Shown: piece by piece, positions 59,743-64,000 of the stretch
How positions within the stretch are numbered: the first letter of the stretch is position 1
Layout: each line of letters opens with the position of its first letter
Assembly: GCA_963735595.1 (NCBI GenBank)
Contig: CAVTLK010000002.1
Coordinates: forward strand, 544,001 to 608,000
Direction of reading: 5' to 3'
Origin: an uncultured delta proteobacterium
Lineage (GTDB): Bacteria > Desulfobacterota > Zymogenia > Zymogenales > Zymogenaceae
Length of the DNA: 64,000 bases
Program-made: the position numbers and the translations under genes
The notes under the pieces: generated by a model
Seen by the model: the letters and a program-made list of their open reading frames with translations, nothing else
Database searches by the model: none
What the model was told of the DNA's origin: nothing

Positions 59743-59899
59743 TTTACGGACTATAACACCGATGTAGAATGAATCCTTTGGTAAATCTATCTAAACACGG
59801 ATGTACAGTGAACCCTTCGATAATTATATCCCAAAAAGCACCCCGGAGAAAAAATAGTTTGAAAAACAGACAACCGGTGTTATCATATACAGCATACCA

Positions 59900-60646
59900 G
59901 TGACGATGGGGGGATATGTGAGCAGGTCGATTCAACGGTCCGTTTTTTTTCTTCTAATGATATCGTGTTGTTTAGTTCCCGTGACGCTTCTTGCCGATGA
60001 TCACGAGAAGGCCCACCTTCTTCTGCTGGATGCTAAGAACCGCGTAGATCGTCTCTCCGATTATACGCTGACACTGACAAGCCAGGAACGGGTAGGAGGA
60101 AAACTGCTGCCCGAGACAACGATGTTTGTTAAGTTCAAACGCCCCTTCTCCGTTTATATCAAGAACCTTACCGGCAAACAAAAAGATCGCGAAATCATCT
60201 ACGTCAGGGGGCAGAACAACAACAAGATGGTCGTTAGCCGCCTGAGTATCCTGGGGGGGCTTTCGGGCAAGGTTGCTCCGGATAATGTCTGGGCGAAAAG
60301 AGAGAGCCGCCATACCATAACTGAGGCGGGTCTGCCCAACACCATAAACCTGATGATATCGATACTCGAAAAGGAAAGAAAGGCTGCGGTCTGCCGGTCC
60401 ACGGTTACGTATCTCGGTGAGGACTACTGCTCTTCGAAGAAGGTAATCCGCGTCAGGATCGAGAACAGCAGCTACGCGCCGAAAACGGAAATAGCCCTCG
60501 ATACCTCGACGCTCTTTCCCGTCTCCATAGCGTCGTATAACACGGACGGCTCAGTGCTGGAGTCCTACAACTATCACGATATCAAGCCGAACATCGGCCT
60601 GACCGACGCCGATTTTGACCCCAAGAACCCCGGGTACCATTTTTAA
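59900..60646 (+). CDS. DUF1571-like / LolA-like periplasmic protein
   Basis: Signal peptide; DYT...QERVGGKL, KFKRPFSVY.K, EIIYV.G.N, SRH.IT.AG and L.D.DFDP.NP.Y.F. Confidence 0.75.
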   Translation: MTMGGYVSRSIQRSVFFLLMISCCLVPVTLLADDHEKAHLLLLDAKNRVDRLSDYTLTLTSQERVGGKLLPETTMFVKFKRPFSVYIKNLTGKQKDREIIYVRGQNNNKMVVSRLSILGGLSGKVAPDNVWAKRESRHTITEAGLPNTINLMISILEKERKAAVCRSTVTYLGEDYCSSKKVIRVRIENSSYAPKTEIALDTSTLFPVSIASYNTDGSVLESYNYHDIKPNIGLTDADFDPKNPGYHF

Positions 60647-60783
60647 CAGGCAGGGAGAGGCCGGCACAATTCGGAAGTCGCGAGTGTTGCAGTTTCTTTG
60701 AGCCCATTCTCGGTGAAACCTTCCCTTTGAATCCTATATATAATAGCTACCCTCCGGTCGTCTCCTATTACCCGGCATGGGAT

Positions 60784-61866
60784 TTAGTACTTCTCGAACA
60801 GTTCACCCCATTTTGTGTGACGGATTACTTCCATGATCCTTTTGCCGTGCAGGGGCCACCAGTAGTAGTCGTGGTATAGAAACGAGGCAAGGATGAAGAC
60901 CCCCACGAGCGGGGTATGAAAGAAGAGCTTCTGGGCCCACCTGAGCGGTCCAAACCACGTGAAGTGTCCCGCGCGGCTGGCAAGGTTATCCCCCACGTAG
61001 AACTTCCAGTTAATGTTGGAGATATCCTCCCCCGCCACCTCGATCTTGTCGGGATCGCCAATGCCCAGTCCGGCATCGTGGGCCATCCTGATGAAGTCAA
61101 TATCCTTCAGCGGATCAAATCCCATTAATTTCGCCGAGATCGCATCAACGGCCACGCTATCGGCCCCTGCCAGGATCAGATCCTTTTCCACGGGAATCAT
61201 CGTCCGGGGGCCGGGCCCGCATCCTGCCAGTGTCCCATCCATGACCGTAAATATGCCGGTATGGATCTCCTTTTGGATCGTGAGCAAATCGACCAGCGTT
61301 TCGTGTATCCATGAATGGGTATAGTGGCGCCTGGTGTTCAGCAGCCCCCCAAAGGCGTTTTTCATTGACCCGGTCATCCGGGTATAGATATGCGTCTTGA
61401 CGGTGGGGAGGTGGACGATATTCTTGTCGAAAAAGTAGTCCGGTATCATGATACCGTCGGGAAATATCCTGTTGAGCACCCGCATGGTACCCTTGGGGGT
61501 GTAGGGGACCCATGACATATCGGCTTTCTTGAAATTGTATTTTACGTCGATACGATGTTTTTCGAGCACGGCATCGTATTTATTGAGCCGCTCTCCCCTG
61601 GCGGCGTTGGTCACAACGGTCTGGTTCTCGACGCATACCAGGTCGGCGCATCCAAGCTTCCTGAGCGCTTGGATAGTCCCGTCGAGCTGCCATGGCGTGG
61701 TGTTGGCCGAAAGAAACGGCATGTGCCACGAGATGTTGTTCTTGAGGATCGTGGTTTTCCTGACGTCAAGGTGATCGGCCGCCCCGGCGTATCTCATCGC
61801 CCGTTCGATATCGGCCAATACCGTCTCGGGAGTTGTCTTGATTACGGCGACAACGGCATTTTTCAT
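60784..61866 (-). CDS. DUF362 family protein
   Basis: ILKNNISWH, TTPWQL, LPTVKTH...TGSMKNAFG and D.VAVD motifs. Confidence 0.8.
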   Translation of the reverse strand: MKNAVVAVIKTTPETVLADIERAMRYAGAADHLDVRKTTILKNNISWHMPFLSANTTPWQLDGTIQALRKLGCADLVCVENQTVVTNAARGERLNKYDAVLEKHRIDVKYNFKKADMSWVPYTPKGTMRVLNRIFPDGIMIPDYFFDKNIVHLPTVKTHIYTRMTGSMKNAFGGLLNTRRHYTHSWIHETLVDLLTIQKEIHTGIFTVMDGTLAGCGPGPRTMIPVEKDLILAGADSVAVDAISAKLMGFDPLKDIDFIRMAHDAGLGIGDPDKIEVAGEDISNINWKFYVGDNLASRAGHFTWFGPLRWAQKLFFHTPLVGVFILASFLYHDYYWWPLHGKRIMEVIRHTKWGELFEKY

Positions 61867-61894
61867 GGTCAATTCCTTTCCCTGTGCGGTGCGT

Positions 61895-63196
61895 TCATTC
61901 AATGTCCTCGATAATCACCCGGCCCATTTCGTCGGCGATGCGCACGCTCTCGTTAATAGAGCGGTCTTCCGGGTAGGAGTGAGAAGTATCGCCGATATAG
62001 AGCCCCGGGATATCGCTCCGGTAGCCGGGAAGACGCCCGCCGAAACCTACGGAGCATATCGGTTGAGCGTACCGGTAACGGAATGTTCTCCCCGAAAGAA
62101 TAGAGCTGCTGCTAAAATCGGGATCTATCATTGAAAGGTACCGCGCAGATTCATCGATGAAGGCGTCTTCTCCCATCCTCGACCGCCTATGATTGGAGGG
62201 AACATACGAAGGGATATAGACGATATGAGCGTTGTGCTCCGGAGGCCGCAGGTTCGTGTATTCGATGATGCCGGGGGTCTTGATGCGCTCATCGTTGGTA
62301 TTGATCCAGAAATATTCGGAGAACCGCCTGTCCAGCTTGAGGACCGTGCATACTACCCCGATGTTGCGGATTCGGGCGATACGCCGAAGGTGCTGTGACG
62401 GCGGCCCCGAGACGAGGGCCGGGAGGTATGGCAGCGGTATGGTGGACGCCACAACGTCGTACCTGCGATTGCGTCCCGAAACCCGCACCCCGGTGGCCCC
62501 CTGTTTGGTGGTCTCAATCCCCTCAACCGGATTTGACAGGAATATAGACCCTCCCAGCGAGGTAATGCGCAGGCTCAGCGTGGCGAGTAACGCCTCGGTG
62601 CCGCCCCTCAGATATCCCATCTTCTCCGTGAATATACTCGATCGTGAGTGGGCGACCCGCCTGATTCGGGAGGCGATCCACGCCGCGGAGACGGACGGGG
62701 CATGATCGAACAGCTTCTTATCCATCAGGAATTTCCAGGTTACATCAAAGCACCTTTCGCCAACCCATTTCTTTATCCATTCGTAAGCGGAGACGTCGTC
62801 CAGGGACGAGAGGTCTCCCCGAGATGCGGCGTAGGCCGTAAAAAGCCCGTACCGGAGCTTCTCTGTTAGTGTAAGCCGGGGCAAGGCGAGCAGCGCAACG
62901 GGGTCGCCCCATGGGTAGAGGGTGCCGTCATAAAAGAAACCCATCCTGGTTTCGGTCCATGTGAGCCGGTCTCCGATACCCAGCTCGTCGAGGAGCCGGA
63001 ACGTGTGGGAATCCGGGCCGCAGACGAAGTGGTAATACCTCTCCAGACGAACTCCGTCAAAATCAAAGGATGCCGACATCCCTCCCAGGCGGTCGTCCGC
63101 TTCAAACAGGTCGACCGCATGGCCGTGCTGCAACAGCCGATATGCCAGGGCCAGCCCCATGGGGCCGCCGCCGATAACGCACATCTTCTTTCCCAT
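61895..63196 (-). CDS. FAD-dependent oxidoreductase (amine oxidase / protoporphyrinogen oxidase-like)
   Basis: GGGPMG, E....LGG, ERYYHF, GYLRGG, YAQP and YPEDRSIN motifs. Confidence 0.85.
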   Translation of the reverse strand: MGKKMCVIGGGPMGLALAYRLLQHGHAVDLFEADDRLGGMSASFDFDGVRLERYYHFVCGPDSHTFRLLDELGIGDRLTWTETRMGFFYDGTLYPWGDPVALLALPRLTLTEKLRYGLFTAYAASRGDLSSLDDVSAYEWIKKWVGERCFDVTWKFLMDKKLFDHAPSVSAAWIASRIRRVAHSRSSIFTEKMGYLRGGTEALLATLSLRITSLGGSIFLSNPVEGIETTKQGATGVRVSGRNRRYDVVASTIPLPYLPALVSGPPSQHLRRIARIRNIGVVCTVLKLDRRFSEYFWINTNDERIKTPGIIEYTNLRPPEHNAHIVYIPSYVPSNHRRSRMGEDAFIDESARYLSMIDPDFSSSSILSGRTFRYRYAQPICSVGFGGRLPGYRSDIPGLYIGDTSHSYPEDRSINESVRIADEMGRVIIEDIE

Positions 63197-63219
63197 GGTG
63201 CTCACGTTGAGATGACTCG

Positions 63220-63999
63220 TTACGAAGTCCGTTTCAAAACAATACGGCAATAGGGCTCGCCGCAAAAGGTCTCCATCAGGGCTGCGTCCAGGGGTGTTGG
63301 CGTGACACCAAACTCCTGAGTAATATCCACTCCCTCGAATATATCGCCGGCGGTAAGGCTCTCAAGCTGATCGGCGGTAAACGGGGGATTCTTTGAGAAG
63401 AGGGCGTAGATCGAAAGCAGAAGAAAGAAGAGCCGCGACGGGATACGAACGATGAGGGTATGGAGCCCCTTTATCTTTTTAATCTTCCGGATAATATCGA
63501 TGTAATAGACCCGCTCATGTCCCGTTATGTCGTATACGCGGTTCTCCGGCCTTTTCTTACAACATGAAATGATAATCCTGCAGAAATCCTGTACGTATAG
63601 GGGCTGGCGGATGAACCTTCCGTCCCCCGGGACGGGAAAGATCGGTGTCTTTTGCATGAAGCGTGACAGCCAGCCGAGATGCTTGGGATCAAACCAGCCG
63701 AACATCAATGTCGGCCGTAAGACGCAATGGGGTATCCCGGAGGAGATCGCCATCCGTTCCTGCTCGGTCTTCGAGGCAACGTACCGGTCAACCGCCACCG
63801 ATTTGACGACCGATGAGCTGATATGGACGATATAGGGCACACCGGCACGCCTGGCGGCGGCAAGCACCAGCCGGGTGGATTCCAGCGTATTCTTGAGGAA
63901 TACGTCGGGGGTCTTGCCGCTGATCTGCGCCTGGAGAACCACCAGGCAATCCGCTTTGTGTAAGGAATCTTCCCACGCGCCGTTTACCGACAGGTCTGC
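63220..63999 (-). CDS. NAD-dependent epimerase/dehydratase family protein (5' end outside the window)
   Basis: Frame stays open to the window edge (ADLSVNGAW...); HISSS, YVASK (YxxxK), LRPTLMFG and QPLYV.D. Confidence 0.85.
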   Translation of the reverse strand, partial: ADLSVNGAWEDSLHKADCLVVLQAQISGKTPDVFLKNTLESTRLVLAAARRAGVPYIVHISSSVVKSVAVDRYVASKTEQERMAISSGIPHCVLRPTLMFGWFDPKHLGWLSRFMQKTPIFPVPGDGRFIRQPLYVQDFCRIIISCCKKRPENRVYDITGHERVYYIDIIRKIKKIKGLHTLIVRIPSRLFFLLLSIYALFSKNPPFTADQLESLTAGDIFEGVDITQEFGVTPTPLDAALMETFCGEPYCRIVLKRTS

Positions 64000-64000
64000 G

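Noticed and set aside
1..64000. tRNA, rRNA, tmRNA, transposase or prophage genes
   Set aside because: None was recognisable by eye in the intergenic gaps or ORFs. Small ncRNAs cannot be excluded without a covariance search.

Overview
This 64-kb window is GC-rich chromosomal DNA from a Gram-negative anaerobe. A deltaproteobacterial/Desulfobacterota-like origin is an inference from gene content: a BadF-type dehydratase activase, a glycyl-radical enzyme, an mDAP-type dcw cluster followed by a B12/radical-SAM gene, and LolB-like and TPR lipoproteins. About 55 coding regions are supportable. Housekeeping genes include the dcw cluster mraZ..ftsZ (34.9-51.8 kb, no ddl), aspS, prmA, thiN, plsC and speB. 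The most unusual accessory elements are: (i) a three-gene operon encoding an unassigned glycyl-radical enzyme, its activase and a tandem PNPOx-like flavin-binding protein (19.3-23.5 kb); (ii) an operon of three exported proteins built only from five copies of one ~88-aa PPC-like domain, preceded by a structured ~200-nt leader (28.1-30.3 kb); (iii) a degenerate PilZ-like gene inserted between mraY and murD; (iv) an MNT-HEPN toxin-antitoxin islet with a 27-bp inverted-repeat element, sitting where leuD would be expected; (v) an ECF sigma / anti-sigma / two Spy-CpxP module. Many genes, including essential ones, carry single-base frameshifts, densest at 13-21 kb. These are most likely long-read consensus errors. 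No rRNA, tRNA, CRISPR array, integrase or transposase was recognised. All family calls come from motif recognition by eye, not from database searches.
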